Positions 43,501 to 55,400 of a stretch of DNA of 64,000 bases are shown here, piece after piece. Position 1 is the stretch's first letter, and every line of letters starts with the position of its first letter. The notes beneath the pieces were generated by a model. The model worked only from the letters and a program-made list of their open reading frames with translations, made no database searches and was not told the DNA's origin. The DNA is taken from NCBI RefSeq assembly GCF_001194135.2, contig NC_068988.1, forward strand, positions 50,319,364 through 50,383,363, read 5' to 3'. Source of the DNA: Octopus bimaculoides. Taxonomy: Eukaryota. Position numbers and translations under genes: made by a program.

Positions 43501-44089
43501 GCCTTTGATAGAAAGGATTATTATTATTATTATTTATTATAATTATTATGACAATTTGAAATTGAAATTTGAATGAAACTCGAGAACAGGTGACTTGATG
43601 ACATGTCAACTGTCCCCTATTGCTTCAAACCTTTTATTGCATCTTTTGATGAGTCTATGACTACTAATGGCATGCTAACTGCTACACCTAGGTGTGATGG
43701 ACGTGTCAGTTGTAAAATTCCTGCTGAGAATTCCATATTTGGAGGAGACCCCTGTACTGGCACCTTCAAGTACCTTGAGGTACATTACATATGTGAGAAA
43801 GGTATGTTTTCCCAAATATTTTTTTACATCTGACTTTATTGTATTAGTGAATTTTGATCACATTATAGATATTGTTATCATTATCATCGTTGTTGTTGTT
43901 GTTATTTAGGGCAATGAATTGGCAGAATCATTTAGGAGTAGCATAAAGATCATTTCTCTTTCAAATGTCACCTAGGTCAACTTTGCCTTTAATTCCCCCA
44001 GGGTCAGAAAAATAAAGTATCACTCCAAATTCTGGGATCAATTGTAGCACCCATACCCTTCCACTGAAACTTGGTTTAGATCTGAAGCC

Positions 44090-44124
<35 letters not shown>

Positions 44125-45790
44125 CATAATCTTCCACTGAGGTTGACACTGCCTTCATCTTTTCGGGGTTGATAAAATAAGTACCAATGAAACACTGAGG
44201 TCGGTATAATCAACTAGTCCCCTCCTCCAAAATTTCAGGCCTTGTGTCTTTAGTAGAAAGGATTATTATTATATTCCACTGAGATTGACTTTGCCTTTCA
44301 TCCTTTTAGGGTTGATAAATTAAGTACCAGTGAATCACTGGGTCAGTATAATTGATAAGCTCCCTTCTTGAAAATATTGGGCCTTGTACCTATAACAGAA
44401 AGGATTATTATTATTATTATTATTATAATATTCCACTGAAATAAACTCTACTTTTCATCCTTTCATGGTGGATAAATTATCAGTCATGTACTGGAGTCAA
44501 TGTAATTGATTTGTCCCCTCCCCCAAAATTTCAGGCCTTGTGCCTTTAGTAGAAAGGATTATTTTCATTATTATTATATTCCACCAAGGTTGACTTTCCC
44601 ATATCATCCTTTCAGAGTTGATGAAATAAGTAAGTACCAGTTGAACACTGGGGTCAATGTAATCAACTTGCCCTCTTACCCAGTATTTCGGGCCTTGTGC
44701 TTATAGTTGAAAGGATTATTATTATTATTATTAATTTACTGAAGCAGATTTTTCTATGGTTGGAGACCCTCCCTGTCACCAACCCTTACCTGATTCCAAG
44801 CAAAGTAATATTTCCCCATAGCCAGACATGCTTTGCTCAATGTTGGAAATGACATTCTTTTATAAAGTTCACATGATATCGAGACAAAGCGACACAAACA
44901 TACACATGTTCCCCCACCTCTCTCTCATATCTATAAGACGGGCTTCTTTCAGTCTCCACCTACCAAATCCACTTGCAATGTTTTGGTTATCCTAGGGCTA
45001 TAGTAGAAGACACTTGCCCAAGGTGTCCTGCAGTGGGACTTGAACCTGAAACCATGTGATTGGAAGCAAACTTTATTCTACAGCCACAGCCATGCCGATC
45101 AATCTTCATAAAGGTATGCTAACCATTAATAGTTAACCTTCACGTATGTATATCATCATCATTTCACATCGTCTTTCCATATATATATATATATATATAT
45201 AATTATCATCATCATCATCATTTAACATCCACCTTCTGTGCTGGCATGGGTTGGGCTGCTGAAATATATAAATATAAAAGACTATTAGTAATAGTCTTCA
45301 TACACATGCTAGCAGGTGGTGGTAGTAATCTTCATTATGATGACACTAGCCAACATCTTTTATTCCTTGACCTATCAACATCTTGGTGAAACTTTATATA
45401 GTGTATAGAGAAACAATCTAACTCAAGTTATTAAAAGAAAAATATTCAGACAAAATCTTTTGTATCAGTTGGTCAATTTATCATGTATAAATATATTTCT
45501 ACAGTTCATTGATCATGACACCTGTCATTTCCAGGCCATTTCTTTGAATGTGTAAATTCTGCTTACTCTTACCAGTGTCCTTCCATTTCTCTCTCTCTCT
45601 TCCTTGCAGAATTTGTACATCACACATACATTACCTAATGATATACGCATCTGAACAAATACAATTGGAGACAAAAATGACAATTTGAGGCACAATGTTA
45701 TTGCTATCACACTAACCTGGTCAAATGAGCAACTTTGTTTCAATTTCCCAGTAGAAACTTAATACAACTATCTTTGAAATTGTATTTACA

Positions 45791-45845
<55 letters not shown>

Positions 45846-46222
45846 ACAGTGAAGGTGCATAGCTCAGTGGTTAGTGTGTTGAGCTTACAATCATGAGGTT
45901 GTGAGTTTGATTCCCAGACCAGGTTGCATGGTATATTCTTGAGCAAGACACTTTATTTCACATTGCTTCAGTTTCCTCAGCTGTAGAAATGGGTAGTGAC
46001 ATCACTGGTGCCAAGCTGTATCGGCCTTTGCCTTTCTCTTCAATAACATCGGTGGTGTTGAGAGGAGAGGCTGGTATACATGGGTGACTGCTGGTCTTCC
46101 ATACAAAAAAACAACCCTAGGTGGTACATTCGCCGGTGAGGCAACTTTCCGCCCAGACTTGTGTCCTGGAGGGGAACCCCTTAGGTGCATCCATGGTCAT
46201 TTGTGACCGACGGAGTTGAGAG

Positions 46223-46254
<32 letters not shown>

Positions 46255-46462
46255 TAAATATTATTAACTACGTATACTTAATGTATAAGCTTTGTGTATT
46301 TTCTGGTTGCCTCAATAGCGTGGTGGAGTATATACATCTTTGATAGTATGTAGTCAATAATATTTTTAAGTACTGGAATCGATTCATTCAACTAAATACT
46401 CTTCAAGGCAGTGCTCCAGTATGGCCACAGTCTAATAACTAAAACAAGTAAAGGATAAAAGG

Positions 46463-46494
<32 letters not shown>

Positions 46495-49400
46495 AGAAAA
46501 AGAAAACAGATAAATTGAGATATAGACATCAATTTATTAGAACGTATTTAATTCCAAATAAAAAATTCTCTTAGCACCTACAATTGTTTCCTTGCCCAAT
46601 TAATTCAATTTGAGAAATTAAATTAAAGGGAACTTGGATACTGACATCCCTTTAAGAGGATTTTATATCCTTGATTTAATTATATATATATAGGTAGAGA
46701 GAGAGAGAGAGAAAGATAGCTAGACAGACAGACAGACAGACATGCACACTTTTACATTATTCTAGGTTGTGAAATTGGAAAAGAGATATTTTCATATAAT
46801 TGAATTGCTTTATATTCAGTAGGATAAAACAAACTTCTAGGTCTGAAGGTCACCTTTGAGTGTTTTCACCAACACTTTGACGGTATAATTTACCTATTTA
46901 GCATTAAGGTCTGAAATAGTGATTGTATCCAAATATTCCTGCAAAAACCTTATAGAATTTAGTATCAATGTCATAACAAATTAAATGCTATAGCATTATA
47001 CTTGCTTTTCAAGAAACCTGTATGAAAATCTATTTGCATGATTTTATTATTTGATAGAGTATTTGAATTCTCTCCTTTCTCCCACACCAAAAGACCTACA
47101 AAATGATTTGCTTAAAAACCTTCCCTTCCTATTTATTGCATGTCCTCTGATTTTGAAATAATCTATGAAGATGGATTATATTGAATGGATATTGAATTGT
47201 GAATTCCTTTATGCTATCTTGTTTTGTTGTGCTTTTTCTTTTCTTTATTGATTTTTTTTTCAAATCGTTTCTTTTTTATCTGTGTGCCTTACATAATGTG
47301 TCTTTTGTTGTTAGAATTTTTAATTAAGATAAGTAATTTTCTGATTGTAATCATTATTGTAATAATATTTTGTAGATCAAAACATTCTTTTGAAATGCTG
47401 TCAACACTTAATAATATCATTACTGTTAACTTTGCCATCAGTTTTATCCTCATCATCTTCACAACTCCACAGACTCATAGACAGCATCACCTGCAATAGG
47501 ATTGCCAGGCTCCTTTTTACTTAATGTCTATTCACCACCTAGAATATTACAAGAGTGCTTGCAAATGGTTGAATTAACAGATATTTCCAACCCACATCAA
47601 TATAGAAAGAAAAGTAATGTTAATATCAGTTGCTGCCTTTTCATCTCTATAGGGTTAAATTGTGCATCATACTGTAATATCTGTCCAAATCACCTTCAGT
47701 TGTCTTGCTAAACTTAACTGCTGCAGTTAGTGAAGAGGAGAGAGAGAGAGTGCAGGACTTGTCACACAGCAAGTCTATCATTATAAATAGACAGATTGAA
47801 CCATTAGCAATGTTTGTCAGAGATGACATGACATCAATCTATCAATTCTTGAGACAGCTCGCAAATGTGAATCAATTTAGTTTGCTATAGACACTACATG
47901 CACTTCTTATCATTGTAATAACACTGATACTTCTTGTTATTGTGTAGCTGCAGTTGTATTTCAGCAGAGCCATGTCACAATAGCTCAGAGGTCCTTTAAG
48001 TTATATTATATTAACCATATCTCTATCTAGTTTGGTCTGACACAAACACAGTAATAATAGCTTACCATCATTTTCACTTCTCTGTTACCTTTTTACACAA
48101 GATTCTCAGGAATTGTTACAAAACCATTACTTTCTACAAGATTCTGCAAAATGCTTTTATTTTTCGTTTTGTTTATCTTGAATCTGATTTTACTGTAACC
48201 TCCAATATTCTAAGCTATTAATTAATCATAACAAATTACTGTCCATAACCAGTTCTTGTCCTGGAAAGCATTGAAATTAACTTTTTTTTTTCCTTATCTA
48301 TTTCTGGTTAATTGGCCAGTAAATTATAAACATATAATAGCTGATCAGTTGATGAACCAGAGAATGAATATTACTAGCACTATTATGTATGGTTTATTGG
48401 TACCTTTATAGGTTTGTATCTATGTTTGTATATGATTCGGACTGGTACAAAATTACTACATTAATCAAATCAGATGGAGCAGAAAGTATTTATTGTATTT
48501 CTATTAATTGTTGTACAGCTCTTCAATTCTAAACTCAGGTTGAACACATATGACTGGAGATGCTGTTTATCGGTTAGAAAACATTTGCTGAATAAAGTTC
48601 TCATTTCTCGTTCCTTCTCCAAACCATTAGAATTCTCTTCTTCTCATGACACATGAAATAATTCCATTTTATATAAAGTTTAATCAATTATTTATTGATC
48701 TGTATAGTCTAACATTTCGTTTCGCAAGTTGAGGTAAGAACAGATGAGTTTTATCTAAACTTTTGCAAACAATGGAGTTGAGTGACCCTATTCTAAGCCT
48801 GCAGTCCTCAAAAGCACAGCATATCCTTTACAAACATGTAGTGGAGTAAACAGAGAAATTGAAGTTGTATTACTGAAGACTCCTCCAAAACAGCCCCCAA
48901 AGAATTCTGCATAGTATTATGGTCACTGCCAATAATTTCTCAGAATTTAACTTGAAAATATCATTTAAATTTCTGTATACTGTAACATATTATTAACTTC
49001 AAATTTTTTTGGTTTCTGCTTATTAGATAGTAATTAAACAGCTTCTAAATATGAAAACATTACATCTTAAATTATTTCCAAATACTTTTCCATGTATTTT
49101 TAATTATGTTATGAAATTAATTTATTAATAATTTTTTTTAAACCAATGTTTGTTTTGGTTTATTTTTTTTCTCGGTAATCTATTAGATTTGTAAATTAAT
49201 CATGTTTTATCATCTGACTTGCATGTTTCATTTCCAATTATCCACATCTCTCTTCTTTGTTTTCTAGACTCTGCCCCAACATTTCCAAAATCTCAGGTGG
49301 CTAAAGTCGGTGATACAGTAGAGCTAATGTGCTCAAAAGAAGAGTTTGGTATGTCACATAAGGAAATTTTTCCAATACTTTCTAATAATGTATATTATTT

Positions 49401-52400
49401 TGTTATGATGCCTTTCCCCCTCCCTTTTAATACTTAGATCCAAAGCTGTTGCTTACTGACTGGAGAATGAACAATTAAGATACTATCTGTCAGTCTCTCA
49501 GTTAATCTAACTGAATTAGTAGGCAATAAAACAACAAAATTTCTTGAGTGGTTTACTAGATACCATTGCTTTGCTCAACTCCTTCATCATCATCATCATC
49601 ATCATCGTTTAACGTCTGCTTTCCATGCTAGCATGGGTTGGACGATTTGACTGAGGACTGGTGAAACCGGATGGCAACACCAGCCTCCAATCTGATTTGG
49701 CAGAGTTTCTACAGTTGGATGCCCTTCCTAACGCCAAATTCAGATTATTCTGTCAAATGTAATGTTTATTTATTCAGGTAGTTTTGAATTAATCAGGCAT
49801 TGCCTCATACCTTTGAGATTTCTATGATGTAATTGTTTATTTTTTTAAATGACGTTGTAGTGTAGGTGTGAGAGGCTGTATCTGGTCGGTTTGAATATAA
49901 AACAGTTAAAAAATTTGGGCTGGATATGGTTGGTTTAAATGCTAAAGGGTTAAATCTTCTATGTTCTGAAGGTTCTCTCTCCCAAAGTCAAAAATGTTGA
50001 TCACATGTTGATTGATTGATACTGTTGAAATAAAACCAAACAGTTATTTTTGTAAAATTGAGGGATTGGCAATTTTAATTTAGAATCTTGTTGCCAGTGG
50101 AAATATTCCAAAGATAAATCTCATAAACTCCCTAGTGACAATTCATTAATTGTTATTGTTGTCTGTTTTCTTCCTTAGGTGACTCTGCTATACAGCTCCT
50201 AGCAAGAATCAAATGGTCTAAAGTTGATGGAAAACTACCGAATAGAGCCAAAATTGAAAGAAATAAACTCATTATACAGAAAGCATCTTTGAAAGATGCT
50301 GGCATTTACTGCTGTACTATCACACTTGGAACAAAGTCTTTCCAGTCCAAAATTACACTCAATATCACATGTAAGTTTATCGTTCACTCATTTACAAAGC
50401 TGGGGAATTATATTCTAAATCAATGGTTATCCCATTGTTTGTATCCTTCATGTTACACACAGTCATTTCAATTCTATTATTCCATAGAAGTCATATGTGT
50501 TTTCTTGCCCGAGCTGCAATAACAACAACAACAACGATACCAGGAATAATATTATTAAAATTAGTTAAGATGTATCACTTAATTTGTGATGATTTCTACC
50601 ATTGTGATGTACCCACACATTTGTCTACAAGAAATATTTTTGATTGGTTCAATTGTTGGTACTTATTTCATCAACCTTGGTGGAATGAAAAACAAAATCA
50701 TCCCAAGTAGAATTTTAACTCCACCATTCTGAATTAAATCGTGACAATGTACCAAAATAGATTTACAATTACAACAACCCACTTATTTTTGACACAGGTA
50801 GAAGAGAACTAAGTCCAGCTGCATAAGTTCCTCAAAATTTAATTTCTGCTTATCCATACTAGTATCAGTTTGGTAGGTTTGCTATACACCATATTACCTG
50901 CTCAAGTCCAGTCTTTTGTCATCTCCTCTATCAGTAACCGGAGATCTCAGCTTCATTGTTTCCATACTGTAAGTGCACTACACACACAACACACACATTT
51001 TCCCCTCAGTATTCACAATCTATTTGGATCAAATGTCTATATTGATACAGTCTCCTCTCCTAGGATTGAATTAAATAGAATTCTCTGAGCTTTAAACTAG
51101 TTACTGTAGTCTCAAAACACTTGAAGTTTTTAAGGTGACAGTAATATAGATAACTTGTATTTGGGGTGGTATTTGTACAGAATGTTCACTGATAATGTTA
51201 GATAATATTGATGTTCATGGTAGTTTCTATGTATACATCTATGCAGCATTAAAATAATGCATTGGTTTTAAATGACTAATAGTGGTATTAAAGAAAGTGT
51301 AATGGAAGAGGTATCTAACATCAATAGTTGAGGAAATAAATGTCTAAACTATAGATTATGATGATGCATTGGGAATTAAAGATTATGAAGTGAAACCCAT
51401 CTACAGCCATTGTTAATTATTTCTGTTTAAACCTATGCGGTCATTGTAATAAATTGAGATTAAACTCGTCACAGCGATCATGATATGTTATACAAAGTTT
51501 GTGTTTTTTTTTTTCAATCATCCCTGCAGAGGAAATGACAGACGCTACTTTTATGTAATGTTTGGAAGGTATTTTAAATGTTTTATCACATTGTATGTAA
51601 TCAAGTGTTTTAGGCCATGCTGTCTATTTTTATTGTCGTCCTGTTGGATAATCACTGCTTCAGTGTTCATAGAGATATGAGTTGTCTCCCTTGGATGATC
51701 TAAGGGAAATAACTTATTCTTTCCACCAATACATTTTCTTTTTTAGCGTCATCACATAGACCCCCACATTTACCCGAAACTACCACCGTTCCATCAACCA
51801 CAACAACTACCACCACTAGAAGACCAATTCCTGTACATACTACAAAAAAGCGTCCAGAACCGTCCACTGTAAGTTCCACGACAACAAAAAGAACTACTAC
51901 CACTACAACTCGATCAACAACAACCCCAAGACCAAAGAGTACCAGCCGCAAGTATAATATAAGAACGAAAAGCGTCACGACCCAAACTACTACACCATAC
52001 AGACTAATTTCTACAACATATCGAGCCAAAAAGTGCCCAGAGAAAACTGTTGATGGAATATGGTGGCCTACTGTGCATTCTGGGGTTGTGAGTGAACGAC
52101 CTTGCCCAGGGGTTAAAGTTGGTGAGCTATTGTTCTTATTCTCATGAGGAAACTTCTATCCACTTTCTCAATTTAGCAGTCATGTCATAATTACTAAATA
52201 TTCTACTGTATATTAAGTTTTCAAATATGTCCACTCTAAATTTTTAGATGTCAATGCAGCATTTCACTTTAAGCAACCAGCAATATAAAAACTGTCTGGC
52301 TGATGTAATGTGTTTATTAACACATTTACAATTACACTTGTTAAATCTTTTATAAAATGTTAAAGTAGCCCCCAGAATCCGTACCTTTTAGGATAGAAAT

Positions 52401-55400
52401 GGCTACGTCTCTAGTGCTACTTACTATCAATTTGATTTACTCAAAAACTGACTGAGAATTACACAACAGCAATTGGTGTGTTTTAAAAACCTCTTCATTA
52501 TTTGTACAGGCTCACTTCAACTTACGTTGGTGTTAGGTTCCAAGATATACAACTTAACTTGAAAAATGATATGACAGGGGAAAGACATTTTAAAAATGTT
52601 CTTTTATATGTTTTTAATGAATGTTTTGTACATATTTTCACGTGTTTTATTTGATTTTCTACTTCAGTATTAGTTTTTAGATTTTTTTTTTTTTTTTCAT
52701 TTTTACACTTTTAAATATGTTCAATGAGTCAGGTTAAATCAGATAAATCAACTGAAATTTAGGTTTACTTTTTCTATTACTTTCTGTAGAACAAAGTGAC
52801 ATAAGTTAAAAAAAAAAAAAAAAATCAGAAAAAAACCCCAACTCAAAACAACGTAAGCTGAGATATACCTGTATATTCATTTAGTACAGTTCATTGCTTA
52901 AGCAGCAACAATGAGCAGTTTTCCAAAATCATACATGCTGTTCAGATAGATGAAAATCCCTGTGGGAGTTATTGTTATTATTATACAACAATATATTTAC
53001 AAGAGTAACTAGTTTGTGAACTTTTTTGTATATTACTGTGGACATTATGATGGTAAAGCATCTGTGGGGATATCAATAAAATTAAATCTATTCACTAATC
53101 CTGAACAATGTGATGGAAAAGAAACAAAATCTGGTTCTTTTTGCATCACATTGAAAGAATTTTAAGAAGTTTTACACAACAGGAAAGAACGGTAAATATT
53201 TTAATGATACTTGTAAAATATATATGTATATATATGTTAATATTTTTAATTGTTTCTCATAGGAATCGCTAGATGGCAATGTGGGGAAAGTCATTGGATT
53301 CGACCAGCTCCTAACTACACTGATTGTGTGGCACCATGGCTGCAAGATATTGCAAATAATGTACGTGACACGTTAAAATCTGATGTACGTGAAACTTCAG
53401 GTTTTTATTTAAATCTATCTAACATGCATGCTCTTGCGCACTGACATACTCACAAGCATCTGCTTTTCTCTCCTCAACACTAATATGTGAACTCAACTAT
53501 TAATTTCACCTAACCCATCATCTTGTACTAACATAAAAGACCCACTTTCTAATCCTGTTCAAGATACACATTTTGATCCACTTTCTTTGCAAATGTGTGT
53601 TTTTATGTATAGAAACACACCTATGCATACACAGAATAACAACTCCTCTCCCACACTCTTCTTCTTCAACCTATTTGTCCACATTAACACTTGCTTATAC
53701 CTGTGTAACATAGACGCTTTTTTTGCTTCTACTTCCAAACTGTGCTTGAAAATCAACATTAATCCATATCAAACTTGTCCTTTCTATGCCTATCTGACCA
53801 AAGCTATTGAAACAGTAGTAATACTGATGTATATACATGCAATCGTGTGTGCACACACATACATATATGCAAGCACATGTACACAACACATGCAGGAGAG
53901 ACAGACAGTGAGATAAATAGACACAGACAGATAGATAAAACAGTCATATCGCAGGCTGAAATTAAGGAATTGTTGAAGTCTGCTTCTATGAAATTTAAAG
54001 AACTTCATTATAGGCATAGGAGTGGCTGTGTGGTAAATAGCTTGTTTACCAACCACATGGTTCTGGGTTCATTCCCACTGCATGGCACCTTGGGCAAGTG
54101 TCTTCTACTATAGCCTCGGGCCGACCAAAGCCTTGTGAGTGGATTTGGTAGATGGAAACTGAAAGAAGTCCGTCGTGTGTGTGTATGTCTGTGTGTCTGT
54201 GTTTGTCCCCTTAACGTCGCTTGACAACCGATGGTGGTGTGTTTACGTCCTCGTAACTTAGCGGTTCGGCAAAAGAGACCAATAGAATAAGTACTAGGCA
54301 TCCAAGGAATAAGTCATGGGGTCGATTTGCTTGACTAAAGGCGGTGCTCCAGCATGGCTGCAGTCAAATGACTGAAACAAGTAAAAAAGAAAAAAAGTAT
54401 AGTCAAATAGTCAATCTAGCTTCAGAAAACATTACATTGTCCTGGCACTCACTTTCATTTGGTTTTAATTTAATTTTATTTAAATTTTAATTTTAAATCT
54501 TTTTTGTTTTTAGGTAAATGGTACTCAACCTCAAACATCCATGGGCAACCTTTCAAAACATATGAAAGCTTCTTATCTTGGTTCTGGTGATATTATAAAA
54601 ACTACGAAAGAGATTATTCCAGGCCTTACCAGAATACTACAGAGAGAAGTTGAGCATACGAAGCATAAAATGAAACTGGTGACAAATTTTACTGAGGTAA
54701 TTAATCTTTTAACAATATAATGCTCATTTATTCACATTGTTTTGTGTTAATCGTTTATTTTCTCTTAGCTTTGAGATTTCAGTGATGTTATTAATTTTTA
54801 GAGTGACATTTTGGGGGTAGGTGTGAGGGGCTAGATCTGGTCAATTTGAGCATATGGCAGGTAGAATATTTGAGCTGGATCTGACTAGTTTAAATGCTAT
54901 AGGGTTAAACAATATTGCCTTCTTACTTTTATATTGACTGCCATACAAGTTTGTATGTATGATTTAGGTGGTGGACTACTGAGAGTCATGCTTACAAACT
55001 TTATATCAAATATGGTATTTGTATCTCAGCAAAGCACATTACTTTATTCAACCTTAGTATGCTTGAATGACAGTGAGATATAAAATAAGCAGCAGGCATA
55101 GACTATTACACTGCCCTTGTCCTCTACACTAAACTATTGTATATTAGCCTGTACAACATCATATACCAGAACTGTGGATCTTTGGATCATGTCTAGTCAT
55201 TCAGCTCACTGCATATGTATCATAGGTCTTATTCAATCAGAACTACTTTTTTAACTGCTTCGTTGGGGAGGAATGAGATGAGCAGTATGTTCAGCTTTTT
55301 ATTTTTTACAATGCCTCTGAGATGACCAAACAGTCTGAACTGATACTCCTGAATCACACAAGCAACAGGACGTATCCCAGTTTCTGAGTATATTAAGAGC

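Noticed and set aside
27628-43801. Model with two complete tandem lectin domains
   Set aside because: It needs a roughly 200-bp phase 1-to-2 N-half exon between 34365 and 43691. I found none by reading and there is no gap there. An HMM scan should confirm.
44132-44733. Regularly spaced repeats suggesting a CRISPR-like array
   Set aside because: Whole units are homologous SINE fragments with no unique spacers, in a eukaryotic intron.
47647-47890. Short ORFs on both strands with a faint LINE-like look
   Set aside because: No diagnostic RT motif, and no fit to the gene's phase 1-1 requirement with a recognisable domain.
51700-52029. 109-aa Val-rich minus-strand ORF
   Set aside because: Antisense shadow of the Thr-rich mucin exon.
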